Shown here one piece after another: positions 47,245-64,000 of a DNA stretch of 64,000 nt. A model generated the notes under the pieces. It searched no databases and was not told the DNA's origin. It saw only the letters and a program-made list of their open reading frames with translations. Position 1 is the first letter of the stretch. Every line of letters begins with the position of its first letter. Source of the DNA: a bacterium (GTDB taxonomy: Bacteria > UBA8248); assembly GCA_965213685.1 (NCBI GenBank), contig CBDBZY010000016.1, positions 288,001 to 352,000 of the forward strand. The letters are read 5' to 3'. The position numbers were made by a program, and so were the translations under genes.

Positions 47245-48876
47245 CTGTATCCACTTCAGGAGAGAAGCTTCATAGATGCCATAGGGTGGGTAGTATACAC
47301 AACATTTTGGCTATTATGCCCTCCTCAGTGTGATGTACAAACACGAGAAAGAGGTGCTCCATATTGAGGGTGACTATTAATGTCTGAGTCAGCATGCCAG
47401 GTACTACAGAGCAAGGTTAATTAGGATGCGGAGATAAAATTATGACAAGCATTGTAACATGCTGGACAGGAGTTGTGCATGTACAATGCATCACAGACTA
47501 TCGACCCTGAGGTTCATGCCTGTGAGATGAGAGGTCTCCAGGAGCCTTTATATCCACTTGCTCTCCCTATAAAACTCCTGGAGACCTCTCATCCCAATGT
47601 GATAGCGAAGGAACCCCCCAGAGTGAAATTTGGGGTTCCCGGGAATAACATTCTCTCCAGAGTGCTAGCAAGGCAAACACATATTCACTGTAGCCCATGC
47701 AACAATATAGGGCTTGTGTTGCATAACCAGGCGTGAGGTACTCCACATTTCATCATCATTCCCATGACAACTGGTTACAATATAGCGTGTACTTTGCATC
47801 CAAGCCTTGTCTCCGTACCTTTTATGCAATCCCTATATTCCTTTCTAAAATTAAATTTTTTAAATTTACTAGTATATATTTCGCCAGGTCGCTTACGTGG
47901 CCACTCGAACCCCCGCATGAATGTGTCTGCCCGCATGGCGCGTCCTTGATACAAGTGTACAGCACTCAACTAGCTGGGTAAGAACTCTTTGGACTTGTGC
48001 AAGTGCTCTTCAAACTCTCCTTACTGCAAGGAAAAGAGATGGCTAAAGTGCTGTGGTGGCTGTCTTGACAGAATGTGATATTTTGGATGTGAGCACTCAC
48101 TGGGAGATTTTCGTAACTGAACCTTACATCATAATTACACAATATCTGTACTTATGATAGTACAATATCCGCACAGAAAAGCGAACATACGTTACCATAC
48201 ATGGAGTACCACACTACAAATACATCACACAGGGCAGCTATACATGTACATGGCACTGCTAGACACATACAATATTGAGGAAGGTGAATTGATGTACACT
48301 GCAGCAATACAACCTACTCAGCTTTCATTGTTACACGACATTCAGTTCAATTTGAACCCTCTTCGGGCATAATTATTATGTTTTCTACTTCCCATGATCA
48401 TGCAGCTCAAAGAATGTTGTGTAACTTTAAAACTCTAGCTTTTACCTTGACAGAGCACAAATTACCTACTGCTGTACTTGCCCATACTATGAGGAATATT
48501 TCCTTATATTCAGTGAACATGAAAACACAAGAGTGCATGTATATGTGTTAAAACAAGAAAGAGTTGTATGAGAGGAGTTGCTATACAGCAGTCCTCCTTG
48601 TCAGAAACACAGAAGGAAAAGCTCCAGCCTTGAGACTCAGGCTACTTGTGGAAACACTGACTTATTGTCTATAGTATACCACACAATAATATATACACAC
48701 ACTACTCCATTTTGGACACGCACATTGAGCTCTACTCACTAGCTACTGGTGTCATGTGAATTTCAATGTTTATACAGCCCAACTTCCATTCACAGCACGG
48801 AGGTCACTGAGGTCATTCAGTGTATTTGAGTCTGGGCAATTGGTGCTTGTATTGATCCACTGCTGTTAGCTTTACA

Positions 48877-50988
48877 ATGGCTGCCTGTGGAGACACAGTT
48901 GAGAAAGCTGCCTCCTCCCTCACCCCTCGAGACCTCACCCTCCCTGGTAGGTCCCTCCCTCCTGCCATGCCCCTCATCATCTCCACCCAAGACAGCTGGG
49001 ACCCTCACAGCTGCAAGCTGGAGACTCACCAGCACAACAGCCAACCACAACACCTACAGATAGTCACAGACACTCTACAACTGCTGGGAACCATCAACAA
49101 GCCTGTGGCTGTCCTGTCCATCTGTGGCCCCTACCGCTCGGGGAAATCCTACTTCATCTCCCGACTGCTGGGCAGGCCTGGGGCCTTTCAGCTGGGCCAC
49201 AGGATGCAAGCCTGTACACGTGGAATCTGGATGGCCACCACTGTCCTGGAGTGTGAGCAGTTTGCCACAATCCTGCTGGACACGGAAGGCATCGATGCCA
49301 TTAGAGCCTCTAAGACCATGGATGCAAGCTTGCTGACTGTCACCACACTCCTCAGCTCCTACCTCATCTACAACTCCATGAAGGTGCCCCAGAAGGTGGA
49401 CCTGGACAAGATGAGGTGCTTCACCCAGCTCTCCAGGTCTCTGCTCGTGCAGAAAGAGGAGTCCATGAGGGCAGAGGTCATGAGGAAGTTCTTCCCTCAC
49501 TTTCTGTGGCTACTGCGAGACGTGACACTGAAAGTGACAGACAGAGCCGGCCAGACCATCTCGGCCACTGAGTTCCTGCACACTCGTGTGCTGGCATCAG
49601 AAGCTGGCCAGCCTACAGAGCTGGGCAAGTCTCTTTGCAGCCTCTTCCCCTCACTGGAAGGCCACACTCTTCCCATGCCAAGTATCAACCCCAAAGTCAT
49701 CAAGAACATTGTGGAGCAACAGGACAAGCTGAAACCAGCATTCAACAAGGCAGTGGATGAGCTGATCCAGCGAATCCTGCAGCAAGTCACACCCAAGAAA
49801 GCCATCGATGGAGTGAGTGTGGTGGATGGCCCAGCTCTAGCTGCTCTGACCCGTGGCTATGTGGATGCCATCAACACACCAGGAGCAATACCACACCTGG
49901 AACAAGGCTGGCAGGCCGTCATCAAGTGGAAACTGAAGGAACTATCAGACAAGCTAGTGGAGGAGTACAGGAGAGAGATGGAGGAATGTTTAGAAGGCAA
50001 TCTTCCCATGGAGGAGAGGAATCTGATGAGAATCCACCAACAGACACTGAGCAGGAAAAGGGAGTCACTGCAGCAGGAGATCCGTCGACTCAAGCCATTG
50101 AGTTCCACCTCTGGAGACAAACACCCAGTCCTCAGTCAACTGGAGCAGGCAATCAGTCAGACAAATGAGGGGGGTGAGGTGATTGGGGGGGTCCTGTTCC
50201 AGTTCACCACTCACAACTACTCCAAGTCCAAGCAGCAGTGTGAAGAGGTGCTGATGGAAGCAGTGAAGAGCAGTGGAATTCACAAGAAGTGTCAGGAAGC
50301 CTTCATCAACTCACAGCCACTGGACATAATGGCAGAGATACAGGAGATTGACCGGCAATACCACAGGCAAGCTGTCGGACCAGCAGCCAGTGAAGTGCTG
50401 GAGAAAGGCCACAGAGAACTGAACCAACTGGGAGACTCACTCAAGAGAATTCCTGGCCCACCTCGTGAGGTGAGGGACATTGGACGAGGACCTGATCGAG
50501 TGAAGCTGAGCTGGAAACCTCCAGAGAAGAACCCTGAGGCTGCTGAGAGCTATGTGGTGTGGAAACAAGAGGAGGGAAAGCAGTGGGAGAGGGTGAGGGA
50601 GACAAAGAAGACCAAAATCCTCATCACTGGACTGAAGTCAGAGACGGACTACCAGTTCAGAGTCACAGCCACTAATGACCTGATTAAGAGTGTGGCTACA
50701 ACACAGGACTCGGAGACAATGATGTCAAAAGCTAAGAGGGGAGCTCTTGCTGGTGGTGTAGGAGCAGTTGTATTTCTATTAGCCCCACTGACAACTACTT
50801 ATATGGCTAAGACTGATGAAGAGATCAGTACAGGAAAAATAGTAGCCATATCAGTCACCACTGCACCAATCAGCCTCATATGTGCTCCAGTTACTGCTAC
50901 TGTGGGTGGAGTTTGGCTTGCTAGGGAAGTGATCAAGCAAGGGTGCTACAGTGGAGACCTGTCCCCAGAGAGTGATGATGAGACATAA
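48877..50988 (+). CDS. GBP-FN3-hairpin protein copy G8 (MAACGDTVEK), lacking the last 6 residues
   Basis: Open ORF; TCA>TAA removes SCDSTE; most divergent hairpin of the set. Confidence 0.88.
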   Translation: MAACGDTVEKAASSLTPRDLTLPGRSLPPAMPLIISTQDSWDPHSCKLETHQHNSQPQHLQIVTDTLQLLGTINKPVAVLSICGPYRSGKSYFISRLLGRPGAFQLGHRMQACTRGIWMATTVLECEQFATILLDTEGIDAIRASKTMDASLLTVTTLLSSYLIYNSMKVPQKVDLDKMRCFTQLSRSLLVQKEESMRAEVMRKFFPHFLWLLRDVTLKVTDRAGQTISATEFLHTRVLASEAGQPTELGKSLCSLFPSLEGHTLPMPSINPKVIKNIVEQQDKLKPAFNKAVDELIQRILQQVTPKKAIDGVSVVDGPALAALTRGYVDAINTPGAIPHLEQGWQAVIKWKLKELSDKLVEEYRREMEECLEGNLPMEERNLMRIHQQTLSRKRESLQQEIRRLKPLSSTSGDKHPVLSQLEQAISQTNEGGEVIGGVLFQFTTHNYSKSKQQCEEVLMEAVKSSGIHKKCQEAFINSQPLDIMAEIQEIDRQYHRQAVGPAASEVLEKGHRELNQLGDSLKRIPGPPREVRDIGRGPDRVKLSWKPPEKNPEAAESYVVWKQEEGKQWERVRETKKTKILITGLKSETDYQFRVTATNDLIKSVATTQDSETMMSKAKRGALAGGVGAVVFLLAPLTTTYMAKTDEEISTGKIVAISVTTAPISLICAPVTATVGGVWLAREVIKQGCYSGDLSPESDDET

Positions 50989-51313
50989 TGTGACTCCACA
51001 GAATGACATGACAATACTCTATGGCTAGCTATAGCTGCTCTTGTGTGTACACGTTCATGTACTCTCATACTTGCCACAATAATCACAACATGCAATTATG
51101 CACATTTTGATATCATTATTATGGAGTGGATGTAACTCAATACAAGCTTTGTTACTATGACATTGTGTTGGCATGGCAACAGCAGACCCTGAGTGAGCAT
51201 CCATAGTGTGGGTGGAGCCAGAGAGGTCACCAGTGGGTAGCACACACAGCAGTGATCATCACTGGTTGCCATGACGAGATGGCCTCTGTCCTTATTGTGT
51301 AGTTGCCATGTCC

Positions 51314-54657
<3,344 letters not shown>

Positions 54658-54916
54658 CTGTGGAGGGTGAGGGGGTGAGGGCAGGGAAGGGGAAGACATT
54701 GGAAGTGGAGACATTCTAATCATCTCGCTGGCCAGACCGCGACGCAAGCTATACGGCTAACCGGCTAGGGAGTAGACGAACGCAGCATCTATGAACGCAG
54801 TGACGAGTGCAGCTGGGGGAGAAATGTTGTTAGAATATGCCGTTGAAAACGTGAGCTCTTGTTCATGCGAAATATGGCAACGGATACCCACTGACTGGTG
54901 CTGTGGCATTCTAATT

Positions 54917-55338
54917 GAAGACCTCCGGTCAAAAAGGGCATTAAAACACTTCGAGGTAAAAAGACGACTTTTACATGAAAAGTAACGGAATATGACTCTA
55001 ACTATCTGCTGCCGAAGTATTACAGTCTAAATATTTGCCTTGCGTGATTTATAACCTTCAACCTCCGACCAAAAGGGCCTTGTCATATACTTTCACCTCT
55101 TTCTGCATTCGCCGCATGGGTAGTTCGCGATATTCGTAGTCTAGAAAGCGCCTTGAACCCCCCAGAAGGTATAGCAAACAGAAGAAACCTTCGTGGACAA
55201 CTCCTAGGCCTCCAAAGAAACATTTTCATTCGTATATTTAAAGAACAAAACCCGTAAACTAAACCCTAAATCTTTCAATGGCCGTTTTCTCGACGTATAC
55301 GAACGTCGTTTTAACGCCCTTTTTGACCGGAGGCCTTC
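54917..55338. mobile_element. 422-bp TIR element with AATT TSD (Sola-like)
   Basis: TIR gaagacctccggtcaaaaagggcattaaaac / gttttaacgccctttttgaccggaggccttc; empty site ttctaattaaagca in paralogs. Confidence 0.8.
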
Positions 55339-55346
55339 AATTAAAG

Positions 55347-57890
55347 CATAGATATTTAACCTCACGGAACGGGATTGGAAACGGGCGGCGCGCGCGCTAC
55401 GTTCCGCGTTGTTCCGGAAGCGCCGAGGCCGGTTACAAATCGGTTACAAGATACACAAGTATGATACAAGATAAACAATATTTCTACAGAATATACAAAT
55501 GTGTTTACAGATTGGAAGTTTCGGCACTTTGGGCACTTTTCTTGATATTATTTCTTTACAAAAACACTCAGAGAAGGGAAGAAAATCATCAAATCATTGA
55601 GGTAATGACGTATGCTGAAAGTTGAACCATTGCTGAACATTCAACCAAGGTCAACAGCACAAATCCATAGCACGTTGCTAGAACAGTGCAGCATAAACTG
55701 TGGGATTGATTATGAATAAGTTGAAGGTGATATCAACCAGCTCAAGGGCTGTGGTGGGCTGTTACTCTTCTGTCATGATGTGGTCTGTCAAGCTCACTAG
55801 CAGAGATCACTGCTTAGTCCTCATTGGCTATGCTAGAAGGTGGTGGAGTCTACCCATGAGTGGCGAGTGGTGACACAACTGGATTGATCAGAGCACTAAC
55901 AGTCCCAGGAGTGGATGGAAGGTAGATAGTGGTAAGAGGAATGAATACAGCATGAGCTGGTACTCCATAATCCATTGTTTTAGTGGTAATACTTCTGCTG
56001 TTTTTCAGTATCTGTAGGTAAGTGTTTCACAAGTTAAAGCAGATGTAACTCTAAGTTGAAATGTTCTATGTCTTTAAAACAAACACCATGCAAACGAACT
56101 GCTCTTGGTGAACACATTGAACTGTAACACGGATTTATTTGGTATGGCATGGGAGAAATTCAAGCTGACAAAACGGACCCATTATTCGAGGCCGCAACAC
56201 GGAGTATCGTCGGCCTAACTTAGTCATGCATGCACGTATTGAAACCAAACAAACTCCATGCAAAACTTCAGCTTTCGAAGAAGGAGGAGCCGTAGTTTCC
56301 AAGGTCATTCTTCGGTCCATAGCGCTACTAGGGCCTGACAAAAAACGCTGGTTGAGTCGCCATTACGTATACCGCGGCACAAACCACATAACTGTTCGAA
56401 AAACACACAACTGTGCTAAAAACATTTGTTACGCTGTTGACTAACCTTCAACTGTCACTTGAGTGTAGTGTAAGGGAGCTTTGTGGTGCTCTTCTTCCTC
56501 GCCTGGGCGCTTACGCCAAAAACGGGTGCGCGAGGTAACAACGGGGAGTGTCTCAACCATAGATATTTAACCTCACGGAACGGGATTGGAAACGGGCGGC
56601 GCGCGCGCTACGTTCCGCGTTGTTCCGGAAGCGCCGAGGCCGGTTACAAATCGGTTACAAGATACACAAGTATGATACAAGATAAACAATATTTCTACAG
56701 AATATACAAATGTGTTTACAGATTGGAAGTTTCGGCACTTTGGGCACTTTTCTTGATATTATTTCTTTACAAAAACACTCAGAGAAGGGAAGAAAATCAT
56801 CAAATCATTGAGGTAATGATGTATGCTGAAAGTTGAACCATTGCTGAACATTCAACCAAGGTCAACAGCACAAATCCATAGCACGTTGCTAGAACAGTGC
56901 AGCATAAACTGTGGGATTGATTATGAATAAGTCGAAGGTGATATCAACCAGCTCAAGGGCTGTGGTGGGCTGTTACTCTTCTGTCATGATCTGGTCTGTC
57001 AAGCTCACTAGCAGAGATCACTGCCTAGGCCTCATTGGCTATGCTAGAAGGTGGTGGAGTCTACCCATGAGTGGCGAGTGGTGACACAACTGGATTGATC
57101 AGAGCACTAACAGTCGCAGGAGTGGATGGAAGGTAGATAGTGGTAAGAGGAATGAATACAGCATGAGCTGGTACTCCATAATCCATTGTTTTAGTGGTAA
57201 TACTTCTGCTGTTTTTCAGTATCTGTAGGTAAGTGTTTCACAAGTTAAAGCAGATGTAACTCTAAGTTGAAATGTTCTATGTCTTTAAAACAAACACCAT
57301 GCAAACGAACTGCTCTTGGTGAACACATTGAACTGTAACACGGATTTCTTTGGTATGGCATGGGAGAAATTCAAGCTGACAAAACGGACCCATTATTCGA
57401 GGCCGCAACACGGAGTATCGTCGGCCTAACTTAGTCATGCATGCACGTATTGAAACCAAACAAACTCCATGCAAAACTTCAGCTTTCGAAGAAGGAGGAG
57501 CCGTAGTTTCCAAGGTCATTCTTCGGTCCATAGCGCTACTAGGGCCTGACAAAAAAAGCTGGTTGAGCCGCCATTACGCATACCGCGGCACAAACCACAT
57601 AACTGTTCGAAAAACACACAACTGTGCTAAAAACATTTGTTACGCTGTTGACTAACCTTCAACTGTCACTTGAGTGTAGTGTAAGGGAGCTTTGTGGTGC
57701 TCTTCTTCCTCGCCTGGGCGCTTACGCCAAAAACGGGTGCGCGAGGTAACAACGGGGAGTGTCTCAACGGGGATGTACATATCGCAATGAGTGCACGTGA
57801 CCCGTTTCCAATCCCGGTTACGTAGTCTTTACAATCTATGGTCTCAACGGGGATGTACATATATATCGCAATGAGTGCACGTGACCCGTT
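55347..57890. mobile_element. Outer copy of a ~1.28-kb P-like non-autonomous element, right end truncated
   Basis: Starts catagatatttaacc; interrupted at 56557 and resumes at 57849. Confidence 0.75.
56558..57840. mobile_element. Complete 1283-bp P-like element inserted into a copy of itself
   Basis: CATAGAT...ATCTATG ends, subterminal inverted cgggattggaaacggg, 8-bp TSD gtctcaac (56550-56557, 57841-57848). Confidence 0.85.
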
Positions 57891-58072
57891 GCGGAGAGAG
57901 TCTGGCTAGGCTACGCGAGACTACGGTCTCGACAAATACGACAAGCAAAGTATACCAACGTGTACGGTGCGTTGCTTCCGTATATGTTGAGTATCCGGTA
58001 AATGGGTGGGGCTGCAATACGAGTTGCAGCTCCTAGTAGTATGGCTTACTGAGCTAGGAGAAAAGCGTAGCG

Positions 58073-59197
<1,125 letters not shown>

Positions 59198-59403
59198 CCT
59201 GTGTATTGTGCCATTATCTGTACTACCACTATTACATCATGGTTTTAAATGACCAATCAAAACCCACTGCTCATATAAAGAAGGCCCCTTGCTGTTACAA
59301 CCCTGACATGAATATAAATATTTTGTCCATAGCATAGCAGGTGAGAACACTAGAATATTATCTCTCCATATTGCCTCCGTACAGTGGTAAACATCCAGCA
59401 GCA

Positions 59404-59433
59404 ATGGCTGGATGTTCCCTCCCTCACCCCTCG
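59404..59433 (+). pseudogene. 30-bp relic of a GBP 5' end
   Basis: Identical to 15491-15520, with the same breakpoint. Confidence 0.6.
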
Positions 59434-59925
59434 TTATTATGTTGCTGTATATTTTTACTTTACATGATTATTGTGTAACTATTCTTTGCCCTGACAAGAA
59501 AGAGAGAACCAACTCAACAACTATTCTAAAACAACTGCTTGTCCATACTATGAGAAATTGTGCATTTCCCTATATTCTGTAAACACGATAATATGAGGAC
59601 GCATGATTGTATAGGTGTTCATACAGGAGAGGGTGGCCACCGATACAGCAGTACTTCTTGTCACAAACACAGAGGAGAAACTCTAGCCTTGTGACTCAGC
59701 TAACACTGACATATTGTCTATAGTATACCACACAATAATATAATCACACACTACTCCATTTTGGACATGTACATTGTGCTCTGCTCACTAGCTACTGGTG
59801 TCATGTGAATTTCAATGTTTATACAGCCCAACTTCCATTCAGGGACAGAGGTCACTGAGGTCATTTAGTGTATTAGAATACTGGGCAATTGGTGCTGGTA
59901 TTGATCCACTGCTGTTAGCTTTACA

Positions 59926-62055
59926 ATGGCTGCCTGTGGAGACACAGTTGAGAAAGCTGCCTCCTCCCTCACCCCTCGAGACCTCACCCTCCCTGGTAGG
60001 TCCCTCCCTCCTGCCATGCCCCTCATCATCTCCACCCAAGACAGCTGGGACCCTCACAGCTGCAAGCTGGAGACTCACCAGCACAACAGCCAACCACAAC
60101 ACCTACAGATAGTCACAGACACTCTACAACTGCTGGGAACCATCAACAAGCCTGTGGCTGTCCTGTCCATCTGTGGCCCCTACCGCTCAGGGAAGTCCTA
60201 CTTCATCTCCCGACTGCTGGGCAGGCCTGGGGCCTTTCAGCTGGGCCACAGGATGCAAGCCTGTACACGTGGAATCTGGATGGCCACCACTGTCCTGGAG
60301 TGTGAGCAGTTTGTCACAATCCTGCTGGACACGGAAGGTATCGATGCCATTAGAGCCTCCGAGACCATGGCCATGAGCTTGCTGACTGTCACCACACTCC
60401 TCAGCTCCTACCTCATCTACAATTCCATGAAGGTGCCCCAGAAGGTGGACCTGGACAAGATGAGGTGCTTCACCCAGCTCTCCAGGTCTCTGCTCGTGCA
60501 GAAAGGGGAGTCCATGACGGCAGAGGTCATGAGGAAGTTCTTCTCTCACTTTCTGTGGCTACTGCGAGACGTGACACTGAAAGTGACAGACAGAGCCGGC
60601 CAGACCATCTCAGCCACTGAGTTCCTGCACACTCGTGTGCTGGCATCACAGTCTGGCCAGCCTACAGAGCTGGGCAAGTCTCTTTGCAGCCTCTTCCCCT
60701 CACTGGAATGCCACACTCTTCCCATGCCAAGCATCAACCCCAAAGTCATCAAGAACATTGTGGAGCAACAGGACAAGCTGAAACCAGCATTCAACAAGGC
60801 AGTGGATGAGCTGATCCACCGAATTCTGCAGCAAGTCACGCCCAAGAAAGCCATCAATGGAGTGAGTGTGGTGGATGGCCCAGCTCTAGCTGCTCTGACC
60901 CGTGGCTATGTGGATGCCATCAACACACCAGGAGCAATACCAGACCTGGAACAAGGCTGGCAGGCCGTCATCAAGTGGAAACTGAAGGAACTATCAGACA
61001 AGCTAGTGGAGGAGTACAGGAGAGAGATGGAGGAATGTTTAGGAGACAATCTTCCCATGGAGGAGAGGAATCTGATGAGAATCCACCAACAGACACTGAG
61101 CAGGAAAAGGGAGTCACTGCAGCTGGAGATCCGTCGACTCAAGCCATTGAGTTCCACCTCTGGAGACAAAGACCCAGTCCTGAGTCAACTGGAGCAGGCA
61201 ATCAGTCAGACAAACAAGGGGGGTGATGTGATTGGGGGGGTCCTGTTCCAGTTCACCACTCACAACTACTCCAAGTCCAAGCAGCAGTGTGAAGAGGTGC
61301 TGATGGAAGCAGTGAAGAGCAGTGGAATTCACAAGAAGTGTCAGGAAGCCTTCATCAACTCACAGCCACTGGACATAATGGCAGAGATACAGGAGATTGA
61401 CAGGCAATACCACAGGCAAGCTGTCGGACCAGCAGCCAGTGAAGTGCTGGAGAAAGGCCACAGAGAACTGAACCAACTGGGAGACTCACTCAAGAGAATT
61501 CCTGGCCCTCCTGGTAAGGTGGTGATCATTGGACGAGGATCTGATCGAGTGAAGCTGAGCTGGCAACCTCCAGAGAAGAACCCTGAGGCTGCTGAGAGCT
61601 ATGTGGTGTGGAAACAAGAGGAGGGGAAGCAGTGGGAGAGGGTGAGGGAGACAAAGAAGACCAAAATCCTCATCACTGGACTGAAGTCAAACACAGACTA
61701 CCAGTTCAGAGTCACAGCCACTAATGACCTAATTAAGAGTGTGGCTACAACACAGAACTCATGGACATATGAGTCAAAAGCTAAGGTGGGAGCTATTGCT
61801 GGTGGTAAAGGAGCAGTTGTATTTGCATTGTCCCCAGTTATAGGTTATGAGTCTATGACTGGTAGATACATGAGTGTAAGAAAAGTAGTAGCCATATCAG
61901 TCGCCATTGCACCACTCAGCCTCATATGTGCTCCAGTTACTGCTACTGTGGGTGGAGTTTGGGCTGCTAGGGAAGAGATCAATCAAATCAGATGCTACAG
62001 TGGAGACCTGTCTCCAGAGAGTGATGATGAGACGTCATGTGACTCCACAGAATGA
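59926..62055 (+). CDS. GBP-FN3-hairpin protein copy G9 (MAACGDTVEK)
   Basis: Intact ORF. Confidence 0.9.
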   Translation: MAACGDTVEKAASSLTPRDLTLPGRSLPPAMPLIISTQDSWDPHSCKLETHQHNSQPQHLQIVTDTLQLLGTINKPVAVLSICGPYRSGKSYFISRLLGRPGAFQLGHRMQACTRGIWMATTVLECEQFVTILLDTEGIDAIRASETMAMSLLTVTTLLSSYLIYNSMKVPQKVDLDKMRCFTQLSRSLLVQKGESMTAEVMRKFFSHFLWLLRDVTLKVTDRAGQTISATEFLHTRVLASQSGQPTELGKSLCSLFPSLECHTLPMPSINPKVIKNIVEQQDKLKPAFNKAVDELIHRILQQVTPKKAINGVSVVDGPALAALTRGYVDAINTPGAIPDLEQGWQAVIKWKLKELSDKLVEEYRREMEECLGDNLPMEERNLMRIHQQTLSRKRESLQLEIRRLKPLSSTSGDKDPVLSQLEQAISQTNKGGDVIGGVLFQFTTHNYSKSKQQCEEVLMEAVKSSGIHKKCQEAFINSQPLDIMAEIQEIDRQYHRQAVGPAASEVLEKGHRELNQLGDSLKRIPGPPGKVVIIGRGSDRVKLSWQPPEKNPEAAESYVVWKQEEGKQWERVRETKKTKILITGLKSNTDYQFRVTATNDLIKSVATTQNSWTYESKAKVGAIAGGKGAVVFALSPVIGYESMTGRYMSVRKVVAISVAIAPLSLICAPVTATVGGVWAAREEINQIRCYSGDLSPESDDETSCDSTE

Positions 62056-62491
62056 CATGTCAATACTCTATGGCTAGCTATAGCTGCTCTTGTGTGTACA
62101 AGTTCATGTACTCTCATACCTGCCACAATACACACAACATGCACATGTATTTTGATATAATTATTATGGAGTGGATGTAACTCAATACAAGCTTTGTTAC
62201 TATGACATTGTGTTGGCATGGCAACAGCAGACCCTGAGTGAGCATCCATAGTGTGGGTGGAGCCAGAGAGGTCACCAGTGGGTAGCACACACAGCAGTGA
62301 TCATCACTGGTTGCCATGACGACATGGCCTCTGTCATTATTATGTAGTTGCCATGTCCCTATAACATGTCACTGTCTGTACCGGCTTCTGGTGCAATCTG
62401 ATTGGTCACTTGATTCTTCTCATCACATGATTTGTTTGCATTGTCACGTGACTTGGTTTCTGAGTTTTGGTTGGTGGCTAAATGGTGGATG

Positions 62492-64000
<1,509 letters not shown>

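Noticed and set aside
55278-57860. Transposase or THAP gene in the P-like element
   Set aside because: Only short ORFs (<120 aa) with no recognisable THAP or DDE motif.

Overview
Eukaryotic (animal) genomic DNA with GT-AG introns full of CT/GT/purine microsatellites; a marine invertebrate such as a sponge is an unverified guess. The window is a tandem segmental-duplication array built around an intronless ~2.1 kb gene encoding a GBP/atlastin-family GTPase, a helical region, one fibronectin type III domain, a Gly-rich hydrophobic hairpin and an acidic tail. There are nine full-length copies (G1-G9): seven open, one with a nonsense codon, and one with the same nonsense codon plus an intact Ty3/gypsy insertion. 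One 3' fragment and two 30-bp 5' relics are also present. The GTPase core is nearly invariant. Amino-acid changes concentrate in specific FN3 codons, the hairpin and the juxtamembrane tail, and the variant blocks are shuffled between copies, suggesting a diversifying immune or recognition locus. Co-duplicated neighbours are an ICAP1/ITGB1BP1-like PTB gene (+, three intact copies), kintoun/DNAAF2 (-, every fully visible copy broken) and an orphan TMEM65-like last exon (-). Several non-autonomous DNA transposons with clear TIRs/TSDs, a tRNA-like element and a 40-bp minisatellite are also present. All gene identities come from motif recognition by eye; no searches were run.
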